This document shows, piece after piece, positions 1 to 8,306 of a stretch of DNA of 64,000 nucleotides. The notes beneath the pieces were generated by a model. It did no database searches, had not been told where the DNA came from, and saw nothing but the letters and a program-made list of their open reading frames with translations. The DNA lies in contig JAHJQN010000008.1 in assembly GCA_018819225.1 (NCBI GenBank), positions 160,001-224,000 on the forward strand, read 5' to 3'. How positions within the stretch are numbered: position 1 is the first letter of the stretch; every line of letters begins with the position of its first letter. The translations under genes were made by a program, and so were the position numbers. The stretch is from Candidatus Micrarchaeota archaeon. GTDB taxonomy: Archaea; Micrarchaeota; Micrarchaeia; Norongarragalinales; SBBD01.

Positions 1-1660
1 AACGCTGCACGTTGATGTGAATAACGCGGGACATGATGAATAGGAAAATCAGGAATAATAGAATCCCTAACGCAACGAGAATCATGTCGCGAGGAAATGG
101 GATGCCGGACAAATCGTCCTCAAACACTTCGGGGGTAGGCGCGGGTTCCTCGAACGCGACGACAAGGGCTTGAGAAAATTCATGAGAAGGAATGCGAATG
201 GAAACCGACGCACGCAATTCTTTCGCCGTGCCCACGTATAAAGAGAACGGCACGTCTTGAACTTCCCCGGTACGCAAACGCAACGAACGCGTTTCATTAA
301 AACCCGGAGCCGTTAAAGAGACGTTGACATCGGGAAGCGGCTGGTTGCCGGTATTCTTGATTAAAATGGAGAGATTCATTACGCCGCCATTCTTATCCGT
401 TGAAACCGAAAGAATTTCAACGCGTTCCTCTTGCGTGCGTTCACCGCCTTTGGACGCGTTCAACATTTTAACGACGCGCTGGCCCAAACTAATGACTTCG
501 ATGGGGAACGTGTAAACGTAACCTTCATCCAATTGAGGCACCAATACCTTCCATCCCACGGTGCGTTCTTCATAGGGTTGCAGAAACAAGAGCTTATCGT
601 GATTGTATTCATCGGGACCGAGTACGTCGAGCTCGGAAGGCACGTTCAGCGTCAAAGGAACCGCCAAACGCCTATCGCGATTTCGAACGGTCAGCCAAAC
701 GGTTTCCAATGAATGGGATCCGACGCGTTTGTCCGTGACATCCAGCTCCATATCGAAATACTTCGGAAAGGGCTGGGTGTCCGTGAATTCAACATTAAAG
801 GAACGCGTCAACTTGATTTGGCCCACGTCCGCATTGAAACTGCGAATGAGAATGTCTTCCTTGATGTCCTGCTGATCCAACCCTTCCCCGAACTTGATGT
901 GCGTCGCGTCCAATAACATGGCTTCATTGAACGTGGGATCCACCGGAATCCACTCGTCCTCAATTAACGCCTCGACGAACGCATGCGCCCCCCAATCCGT
1001 CCCGCTATACACAAAAGCGGCTGAAAATTTTGCGGGAATGCCTACGGAACGCAGCATGGCAATCAACAAATGAGAAAATTCGTCGCACGTGCCCACGCGG
1101 TCGCGAAACACCTCCTCCGCATCATTCGTGACGGAAATGAGTGCCGTATCGTAGGCGAGATTGTTATGCACCCACAAACTCAATACGATCAATCGATTCC
1201 AGTCCGTTGTTTCATCGTGCGTCAACTGTCGGGCCATCTCTCGGATCTCGGGCGTCAATCGAATGTAAGGACTTTCCTGCAAATAGTACTCGGCTTCCGC
1301 CGGTAATGCCCGCTTGAATTCCAACGGAAAACCCACATGGACTTGGGACACCATGCCAAAGGTTTGGAAGGGCTTGCCGGGATCCAAGGTAAACAAGCGA
1401 ATCTTATTCCCATAATCATCCGTTTCAAACGAAGTAAAGAGCGACGTTTCTTCCGATAAGACCCGTTGAGAAGGATAATCCTTGAAACCGAAACTCTTGA
1501 TGCTGAGCTCGCTGACTTGCTGCGAACCCAAGTCAACCGACCAATTTAAGGTCACAATGGCGGTCGCACTCCCAATCATCTTCGGCTGCAGATCCACGTC
1601 CTCCGCATGAAGACCGGAAAGGAATAGAAGAAAGATAACGAGGAAGATCGCGTGCCTCAT
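1..1660 (-). CDS. Secreted, C-terminally membrane-anchored transglutaminase-like (papain-fold) protein; 3' end runs off the window
   Basis: Not in the ORF track. Manual translation from ATG at 1660 gives signal peptide MRHAIFLVIFLLFLSGLHA, catalytic-triad motifs GTCDEFSHL / GAHAFVE / WIPVDPT, Ig-like segments (ILIKNTGN) and TM MILVALGILLFLIFLFIM near position 1. Confidence 0.85.
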   Translation of the reverse strand, partial: MRHAIFLVIFLLFLSGLHAEDVDLQPKMIGSATAIVTLNWSVDLGSQQVSELSIKSFGFKDYPSQRVLSEETSLFTSFETDDYGNKIRLFTLDPGKPFQTFGMVSQVHVGFPLEFKRALPAEAEYYLQESPYIRLTPEIREMARQLTHDETTDWNRLIVLSLWVHNNLAYDTALISVTNDAEEVFRDRVGTCDEFSHLLIAMLRSVGIPAKFSAAFVYSGTDWGAHAFVEALIEDEWIPVDPTFNEAMLLDATHIKFGEGLDQQDIKEDILIRSFNADVGQIKLTRSFNVEFTDTQPFPKYFDMELDVTDKRVGSHSLETVWLTVRNRDRRLAVPLTLNVPSELDVLGPDEYNHDKLLFLQPYEERTVGWKVLVPQLDEGYVYTFPIEVISLGQRVVKMLNASKGGERTQEERVEILSVSTDKNGGVMNLSILIKNTGNQPLPDVNVSLTAPGFNETRSLRLRTGEVQDVPFSLYVGTAKELRASVSIRIPSHEFSQALVVAFEEPAPTPEVFEDDLSGIPFPRDMILVALGILLFLIFLFIMSRVIHINVQR

Positions 1661-1711
1661 GTCAATAGAACGCCAGCCGCGTTTAAATGCTTTAGGTCAA
1701 ACGAAACCCGA

Positions 1712-2971
1712 TCAACGGATCCAACTAAAACGCACTCCAGAAAGCGCTTCCTCGATCTGAAGCAAACGATTATATTTAGAGGTGCGTTCCCCGCGGCAAG
1801 GCGCCCCCAACTTGATTTGCTTGCAATCCATGGCCACGGCAAGATCCGCAATGAACGCATCCTCGGTTTCACCCGAACGATGGGACACCATGACGCCCCA
1901 CTTATGGTTGACCGCGAGTCGAGCCGCCTCAAAACTCTCGCTCAACGTACCGATCTGATTGACCTTCAATAGAAGGCAGTTCCCCGCGTTTTTCTCCACC
2001 GCGGTTTTCAGGCGCGCCGTATTCGTTACCGTCAAATCATCCGCCACCACTTGCACGTTGGAAAAGCGTTTCGTTAACGTGGCATACGCCTCGAAATCCT
2101 CTTCATGAAATGGGTCTTCCAACGAAAGCAAGGAATAGTTGTTGATGAGGTCCGCATAATAATCCGTCAATTCGCCCGTCGAAAGCGATCGGCCGTCCAT
2201 TGAATACGATCCGTCCATGTAAAAAGAGGAAGCCGCTGCATCCATGGCCAGACGCACGTGCTTGGAATAACCGAGCTCGTTAATCGCCGTGACTATGGCA
2301 TTCAACGCCTCCGCGGTTTTTGTAAACGGCGGCGCGAACCCCCCTTCGTCTCCGACGTTGATGCTCGAAGAGCCCATGCGATTCTTCAACTGTTTTTTCA
2401 GCGTCGAATACACTTCGGCCACCATACGCGTGGCCTCCGCCCCATTCTTGGCGCCGACCGGCGCGATCATGAACTCCTGAATACTCAAAGCATTCCCCGC
2501 ATGCTTCCCGCCATTCAACAAATTCGCGAACGGCACCGGAATGGATAAAGACGGCGAACCATACAACTCCTGCAAGTAAACGTATAACGGGTGGTTCTCA
2601 CTCGCAGCCGACGCACGCGCTGAAGCCAACGAAATCCCGAGAATCGCGTTCGCCCCCAATTTCTTTTTCGTGGGCGTCCCATCCAATTCAACGAGAAACG
2701 CGTCCAGCTCCCTCTGATTACCGGCTTCCCGCCCCACCAGCTTCGGAGCCATGACTTTCCGAATGTTCGTGACCGCATTCAATACCCCGCGGCCCAAAAA
2801 CCGTTTGCCGCCATCACGCAATTCAACGGCTTCATGGATTCCCGTGGACGCACCGCTCGGCACCATCGCCGAACCCCGACTGCCATCCTCCAGCAACACC
2901 GTACAGTCGAGCGTGGGACTGCCACGCGAATCCAAGACCTCTCGTGCGGATACTTCGGAAATGTTTGCCAT
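1712..2971 (-). CDS. eno: Enolase (phosphopyruvate hydratase)
   Basis: REVLDSRG, VPSGASTG, GDEGGFAP, LLKVNQIG and SHRSGET motifs. Confidence 0.98.
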   Translation of the reverse strand: MANISEVSAREVLDSRGSPTLDCTVLLEDGSRGSAMVPSGASTGIHEAVELRDGGKRFLGRGVLNAVTNIRKVMAPKLVGREAGNQRELDAFLVELDGTPTKKKLGANAILGISLASARASAASENHPLYVYLQELYGSPSLSIPVPFANLLNGGKHAGNALSIQEFMIAPVGAKNGAEATRMVAEVYSTLKKQLKNRMGSSSINVGDEGGFAPPFTKTAEALNAIVTAINELGYSKHVRLAMDAAASSFYMDGSYSMDGRSLSTGELTDYYADLINNYSLLSLEDPFHEEDFEAYATLTKRFSNVQVVADDLTVTNTARLKTAVEKNAGNCLLLKVNQIGTLSESFEAARLAVNHKWGVMVSHRSGETEDAFIADLAVAMDCKQIKLGAPCRGERTSKYNRLLQIEEALSGVRFSWIR

Positions 2972-3027
2972 AGCCGCTTACCTGAAACGGGTTTAGAAGT
3001 CAAACGTTTTAAATCCTGGTTACGGCG

Positions 3028-3594
3028 CTACTCGGAAGCGATAAAGCGCGACAAGTCAATGGGATGCGTGAACTCGAACCAAAATTCCGAGGGGGTCCAG
3101 CCTAAAAACGACGGAAAATAGAATAAGGCGACAAAAAAGAACGCGAACCCGACCATCACGCCGTAATTAAACCACTTTTTTTCCGGCGGATCCGGCTCAT
3201 GATACAAATCCGAGCGCATGCTCATCGCGAAACCAAACGGAGATCGCATCACCGCAAACTTACTGTACCGCAAGAAAATGTAACCGAAAACCGTCGCCAC
3301 GAAAAAATTGAAGAAGGACGCGAGACGGAAAAAAAGCAGTGACCCCAAGAAACCTCCCAGAAAAATAAGGCCGTCATACATGCTTTTACGAGCCACCTCC
3401 TCCGCGCTTTGACGCAACGACTTGCCGTGCTTCGCCAACGCCCACACATAGTTCGCAGAACGCTCGTCATACCCGTTCGCGACCAACCACATCTTGCAGT
3501 ACATGTAATCCTTGCCCGAATGCTGCAGGTTGCGGATCTCCTGAACGCGTCGTTTCAAACCCTCAGACGGCTCGTCTTCCATACCATTCACCAA
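3028..3594 (-). CDS. Hypothetical membrane protein (about 3 TM helices)
   Basis: 188-aa ORF with Phe-rich hydrophobic segments; GAGGT SD-like site upstream. Confidence 0.7.
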   Translation of the reverse strand: MVNGMEDEPSEGLKRRVQEIRNLQHSGKDYMYCKMWLVANGYDERSANYVWALAKHGKSLRQSAEEVARKSMYDGLIFLGGFLGSLLFFRLASFFNFFVATVFGYIFLRYSKFAVMRSPFGFAMSMRSDLYHEPDPPEKKWFNYGVMVGFAFFFVALFYFPSFLGWTPSEFWFEFTHPIDLSRFIASE

Positions 3595-3670
3595 TACCTC
3601 TTACCTTAAAAAAATAAGCGGAAAGCCCGCAGCACACGGTTTAAAAAAACGCGGGAAGTGCAAACCATTC

Positions 3671-4975
3671 ATGATCGTCGAACAACCGCATATGCTGCAG
3701 CGCCCGCGATTTCCTCCATTATTCAAAGGATCGGAAGCGGCCACCGTAATTCAAGCGCAGAAACAATGGATTGCAGGAGCCCCCCGAACAGGATTCTGCC
3801 CCATTTGCCGTAGTCGGGGGTGCGCGCACCTTGAAAAACTCCAGCTTCAAATCCAATTGAAGCAAAAAAAGAAATTAACCCGAGACGTATTTGGGGCGTC
3901 GCCACCGAACGCGTTCATTGGCACTCACGGTTACCCGTTCGTCAACATCGGGCCATTAGTCGGAATCGACGACAGCGTGGATTCAAAGACATTCGATCAT
4001 CCCGCGGACTGGTACGGTAAAACCGTGAACGAAATCGTCGAGTTCCGCAGCATGCTCGCCCGCGGGAAAAAAATGCATTCAGTAAAACAAGAAAGCCGCA
4101 CGCTCTCGGAATTGCAGGATGTCGTGCTATCCAGCCAAACCATCGATCTGGAAGTGAGATTCCGGAAAGAGTTAAGCTTCAGCGTCGCGTTGTCCCCCGT
4201 CACCCAGCCCATGGGACCGTCCGCCGAAATGGAGCGCATGCGGCTGGCGGGCAACCCAACGATTCCGAGAAAAGTGGATAGCCTGCTCGAAGAGAACCTG
4301 AAGACGCGCGATGCCGTCGACGAACTCATGAAACGGAATTACGACGTGTATTACTTGCAGAAATTATTGTCGATAGGCGTGTTCGGACAAAGACAGCGGA
4401 AGCGGCTCGTGCCCACGCGATGGAGCATCACCGCCACGGACAAGATGACGGCCGATCATTACATTGACGAAATCAAAACGCTCCCGTGGCTGCCTGAAAT
4501 TCGCGTGTACAGCAATGAATACCTCTTCAACCGATTCGATATCCTATTAATTCCCGGTCCGTGGGAATTCGAACAATTCGAGGCATGGCAGAAAGGAAGC
4601 GCGTGGTCCGCTGGAGGAAAAGAAGAATGGGGATTCGTATCGGAATACGAACCCTATAAGGGGAGAAGCGATTACGCCGAAAAAGAAGCCGGAGGATATT
4701 ACGCGGGGCGATTCGGCGCGGCGGAAGCGCTCGCTAAACAGCTGCGAAAGCAGGCGAAAGTCGTGGTGTTCAGGGAAATCGGAAAGGAGTATAACATGCC
4801 CGTCGGGGTTTGGGCTGTTCGTCAAACAGTAAGAGAAGCCTTCAAAAAACCACCATATAAATTCGCTACCCGAAATGAAGCCGAAGAGTTCCTGAAAAAC
4901 AGATTAAAGGTAAGTATGCGGGATTATGCTAAAGGCAGTCGCGTGCTTCCTCAAAGAAAATTGACCGAATACTAA
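3671..4975 (+). CDS. nreA: DNA repair protein Nre (PCNA-interacting)
   Basis: N-terminal Cys cluster CPICRSRGC, G.SPP..F.G..GYP.V..GP, LVPTRWSITA.D, GGYYA.R, PVGVW, and a C-terminal PIP box QRKLTEY. Confidence 0.92.
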   Translation: MIVEQPHMLQRPRFPPLFKGSEAATVIQAQKQWIAGAPRTGFCPICRSRGCAHLEKLQLQIQLKQKKKLTRDVFGASPPNAFIGTHGYPFVNIGPLVGIDDSVDSKTFDHPADWYGKTVNEIVEFRSMLARGKKMHSVKQESRTLSELQDVVLSSQTIDLEVRFRKELSFSVALSPVTQPMGPSAEMERMRLAGNPTIPRKVDSLLEENLKTRDAVDELMKRNYDVYYLQKLLSIGVFGQRQRKRLVPTRWSITATDKMTADHYIDEIKTLPWLPEIRVYSNEYLFNRFDILLIPGPWEFEQFEAWQKGSAWSAGGKEEWGFVSEYEPYKGRSDYAEKEAGGYYAGRFGAAEALAKQLRKQAKVVVFREIGKEYNMPVGVWAVRQTVREAFKKPPYKFATRNEAEEFLKNRLKVSMRDYAKGSRVLPQRKLTEY

Positions 4976-6260
4976 ATGGACTTAAAAGAAAAGCCAACCA
5001 CTGGAACACGAGGGTCGAACAAGCTACTTAGTTATTCACACCGAAAATAGGTTATGGATTACTTTCATTTCTGGGATTTGCCACCCGATTCTTACATTAT
5101 TTTAACAGAACCATGCCAAAAGCAACTTCTCTTAAAATCAATTGACAAAACGAAAACGTTAAGACAGTTATCAATAATATTACGGGAAAAAGCGCGGGTA
5201 TACCGTATCCGGGCAATGGTTAGTTTTCCCGTGATAACAAATTGGAAAACATGTAAACGAAGAAAAATTCCAGTTTGGGTAATAATCGAACTAAGTAGGT
5301 TATTGGATATCAGTCCGGACCATATTGAAACAAAAATTATCGGATACGGAAATGCGGGGAGGAGCTTATTCATTACCGGAAATTTTCCCATAAAAATTTC
5401 TCCAGAATTCGACTCCGTCGTTTCGAATTTTATGGGAGACGGAAGTTTTGGAAATATTAAAAGCCTGCCTAACTACAAACAAAAAAATGAGCTCGGTAGA
5501 CGAATTTTTTTAACCAAACTTTATAACGTATTTGGAAAATTTTGTAAAAATGATCTCGCGTATGATACCTATTGGCAGGTTAGAATTCCTAAAATCATTG
5601 GAGAAATCATAAAAAAGTATTATCAAATCAGTCCAACGGATAGTTTGAACAGAAGACTGCCCAATCAAATGAAGAACAAATCAAGAAATTTCAAAATAGC
5701 CATTTTAGCATCATTTATTGTTGACGAAGGCCATATCGGAGACTCCATAGAAATCTATTCGGGGAATAAAGCGTTACTTCAAGATTATCTCGAGATAGCG
5801 GAAAGCCTCGAGTATAGATGTACTGAAATAAAAAAGAAAAAAGGGCACTTGACACCGCGACCCTCATACCGATTTCGAATTTCTGCAAGAAGTAGTAAAA
5901 AAATTCTTGCTGATCTCGAAGAACTTAAACAGGAATATCCAAATTGTAGTTTGGCTCACAAACAGAAGCAGTTAGAACAAATCGTTAGAAAACAGGAAAT
6001 TCAATTTAAACGCTGTCAATCAAGAAAGCAGGATATATTGAAATTATTGGACCACGAAGTGAATACGATCAACAAGCTTAAAGAGATCCTTCCGATAACC
6101 GGCACCACTATTTCGGAACACCTCAGAGAGCTTGAAAATAAGGGATTAATCGAAAGAGTCGGAAAAGTGAAAGATGCCGATATTTGGAAGCGAATGATCT
6201 CAATGGCACCCAACATGCAAGGAAAGCATAGTCCAATACGGTAATTGGATACTCCGATTT
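4808..6260 (+). mobile_element. Putative homing-endonuclease element (recoded nreA 3' end plus free-standing LAGLIDADG gene); boundaries approximate
   Basis: AT-rich segment (sampled lines about 32-35% GC versus about 50-60% in flanks). The codon-usage switch begins inside nreA at about 4808. Confidence 0.5.
5054..6244 (+). CDS. Free-standing double-motif LAGLIDADG endonuclease-family protein with C-terminal winged HTH
   Basis: Motif 1 VVSNFMGDGSF and motif 2 ILASFIVDEGHI, each with its acidic residue. C-terminal ArsR-like wHTH (TISEHLRELENKGLIERVG). No intein splice residues. Confidence 0.85.
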   Translation: MDYFHFWDLPPDSYIILTEPCQKQLLLKSIDKTKTLRQLSIILREKARVYRIRAMVSFPVITNWKTCKRRKIPVWVIIELSRLLDISPDHIETKIIGYGNAGRSLFITGNFPIKISPEFDSVVSNFMGDGSFGNIKSLPNYKQKNELGRRIFLTKLYNVFGKFCKNDLAYDTYWQVRIPKIIGEIIKKYYQISPTDSLNRRLPNQMKNKSRNFKIAILASFIVDEGHIGDSIEIYSGNKALLQDYLEIAESLEYRCTEIKKKKGHLTPRPSYRFRISARSSKKILADLEELKQEYPNCSLAHKQKQLEQIVRKQEIQFKRCQSRKQDILKLLDHEVNTINKLKEILPITGTTISEHLRELENKGLIERVGKVKDADIWKRMISMAPNMQGKHSPIR

Positions 6261-6323
6261 CTAGGAAAGCAAAAGCCTTATTAAAACGAGCGCGGCAAAG
6301 AGCACTAGAGGAGAAAGCCTGGA

Positions 6324-7145
6324 ATGCGCGCACTCATCTTAATGGCATTCGTGATGATCGGAATCGCGAGCGCCGCCCCGCACGTCATCATTGTCGATCC
6401 GGTTGTGCATACCATCTCCGAAGGAGAAACACTGGATTTGGGCGTGGTAGGGCCGGGACAACGCCTGGAAGTGGAAATTCGCAGTGGAACAGGAGAACCC
6501 GATTTCCAAGGAGAGGAAAAAGACTGGGATCGCTTGCTCGTGGATGAATCCTCCTTGCCCATCGGATGGGAACAACTCGACAGCAAGTACTACGAGCGAA
6601 TCATGAAGGCATTCGTCATCGTTTCACCGCTCGCGCCCGACGGAGAGTATGCGTTTGCACTCCGCACGTTCGACGAATACCAGGGAACGGATCCCGTACG
6701 CTTCAACGCGAAAGTGAAAGTGAGCCGAGACGTATTCAGGTTCCAAGTCCTGCAAGAAGATGTCACGGCCGGAACCGACCAGCCCGCCGTCTACGCCATG
6801 AAGCTCCAAAACCTGGGAAGCGCCAGCGACGCATTCCGGATCGAAGTCGCGGAAGGACTGCCGTCGAAATGGGCGTATACGAGAGACGTGTTCGTACCCC
6901 ATAATACGGAACAGACCATTCAATTCGAGCTCGTCGGAACCGACCAAGGCGAGTACAACGTGCACTTCACAGCGACCTCCCTGTCTTCCGCGGAAATCCA
7001 AGGAGACCAATACGCGGGATTGATAGTCAGAAGCTCGATCATCGAGGAAATGAAAGCAGCGGGTCGAGGCATGCTCTTGTTTCCAACCATCGAGCAAATC
7101 GTGTACAACTTGATAGGCCTTATTGCCATCAACGCGTTCGAATAG
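6324..7145 (+). CDS. Hypothetical secreted/membrane-anchored protein with Ig-like beta domains
   Basis: Signal peptide MRALILMAFVMIGIASA, an 'LQNLGSASDAF' Ig-like motif and a hydrophobic C-terminus. Confidence 0.75.
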   Translation: MRALILMAFVMIGIASAAPHVIIVDPVVHTISEGETLDLGVVGPGQRLEVEIRSGTGEPDFQGEEKDWDRLLVDESSLPIGWEQLDSKYYERIMKAFVIVSPLAPDGEYAFALRTFDEYQGTDPVRFNAKVKVSRDVFRFQVLQEDVTAGTDQPAVYAMKLQNLGSASDAFRIEVAEGLPSKWAYTRDVFVPHNTEQTIQFELVGTDQGEYNVHFTATSLSSAEIQGDQYAGLIVRSSIIEEMKAAGRGMLLFPTIEQIVYNLIGLIAINAFE

Positions 7146-7147
7146 AC

Positions 7148-8290
7148 TTAACGCAACGCAGCGCGAACCTCTTTAACGGAAGCATTCGTCTTGATACTCG
7201 TCGGCGAAAAATGCGTCCGCGAAACCTGAAACCCCTTGCGCTTCAATTGATCGGAAACGCGTTCAACGGATCGAACCGACACTCCAGACTTTTTCGCCAA
7301 CACGTGCAAATCGAAAAAAGAAACGGGAAACGCGTTCTCGGAACGCAGCAAGCGAATAAGCTTCTCAACGGATTTCGCATCCTTTGAATGATCTTTTCGA
7401 ACATCCTTCAGCAGCGCATCCAAAAATTTCGAGTCATTTAATTCAGAAAGCCACAACGGGCCCGCCGCTTCCAAAGGCTCGCGGCAACTCGGACAACATT
7501 CTTTTTGCCGCCTGGAAGGAAAGCGGTGCAGGCAATGAACGCAGTGGTTCACGAAACCGATGTTCGGAATCATGTCATCCGCCTTCATCGCGCCTTTCTC
7601 GCATAACAGAAAGGTTTTCACGTAATGACGGCGGTAAAAGGACAAAAGAGGCAGGACGGCGAAATCAAATTTCATCGCCGTACGCGCGACGCGGCCCACG
7701 AGAACACGCAATGCGATCTCGTGCGCGTACGCGCTATGCAACGGACGCGCATCGTAGTGCTTAATGCAGGGAAGCATACGGGCTCCCGCCAAGTTCGCGA
7801 GATCCGTTGCCGTAACTGAAAGAACAGAGGTTTTCTTCAAGCGCCTGAAAGCCGACTCCAGAAAGAAAACCGGGGAACCGAACGGATCGATTTCAATGAA
7901 ATCGAAAAACGTTTCCGAATTAAGGAAAAAGCGGTTCAAGTCCGTGCGTTCAATGGAAGAAACGCGCTCGAGTTTATTCGCTTTCACGTTTTTTTTCAGG
8001 AACGGTAACGCGTCATCGTTCGCGTCCACGAAAAACATTTTTTCAACGTTTTTTCCTTCAAGCGCATAGCGGATGCCGCGCACCCCCAGAGCGCACAAGC
8101 CATCAACAGCAACTGCTTTCTTCACGCCGATGCGCTTCATGGAGTGCTTGAAAGCCAGAACGGAAACGTCGCGGTTGAACTTCATGGCGGGGTTGAAGAA
8201 CACGGGGCAGTGAAACGGATCCCGCAGGCTCTGCCTCGGAATCGTCAAAGAAGCTAAACCTTCCGTTATTTGAGTGGTTTTCATCGTCAT
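7148..8290 (-). CDS. trm1: tRNA (guanine(26)-N2)-dimethyltransferase
   Basis: VFFNPAM..NRD, G.RGIRY, IEIDPFGSP, VTATD, a Zn ribbon and SRTHF. Confidence 0.95.
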   Translation of the reverse strand: MTMKTTQITEGLASLTIPRQSLRDPFHCPVFFNPAMKFNRDVSVLAFKHSMKRIGVKKAVAVDGLCALGVRGIRYALEGKNVEKMFFVDANDDALPFLKKNVKANKLERVSSIERTDLNRFFLNSETFFDFIEIDPFGSPVFFLESAFRRLKKTSVLSVTATDLANLAGARMLPCIKHYDARPLHSAYAHEIALRVLVGRVARTAMKFDFAVLPLLSFYRRHYVKTFLLCEKGAMKADDMIPNIGFVNHCVHCLHRFPSRRQKECCPSCREPLEAAGPLWLSELNDSKFLDALLKDVRKDHSKDAKSVEKLIRLLRSENAFPVSFFDLHVLAKKSGVSVRSVERVSDQLKRKGFQVSRTHFSPTSIKTNASVKEVRAALR

Positions 8291-8306
8291 TCGAAATCAC
8301 AAGAAA

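Noticed and set aside
4995-5025. GTTCGACCC on the - strand resembling a tRNA T-arm or attachment site
   Set aside because: No T-stem pairing or acceptor stem can be built around it.
5054-6244. Intein or intron interpretation of the LAGLIDADG gene
   Set aside because: There is no N-terminal Cys/Ser or C-terminal His-Asn splice motif, nreA is complete with its stop codon, and no interrupted host gene resumes downstream.
6245-6547. ORF after the endonuclease as the displaced original nreA 3' end
   Set aside because: It has no resemblance to the Nre C-terminus or a PIP box and overlaps the better gene at 6324.
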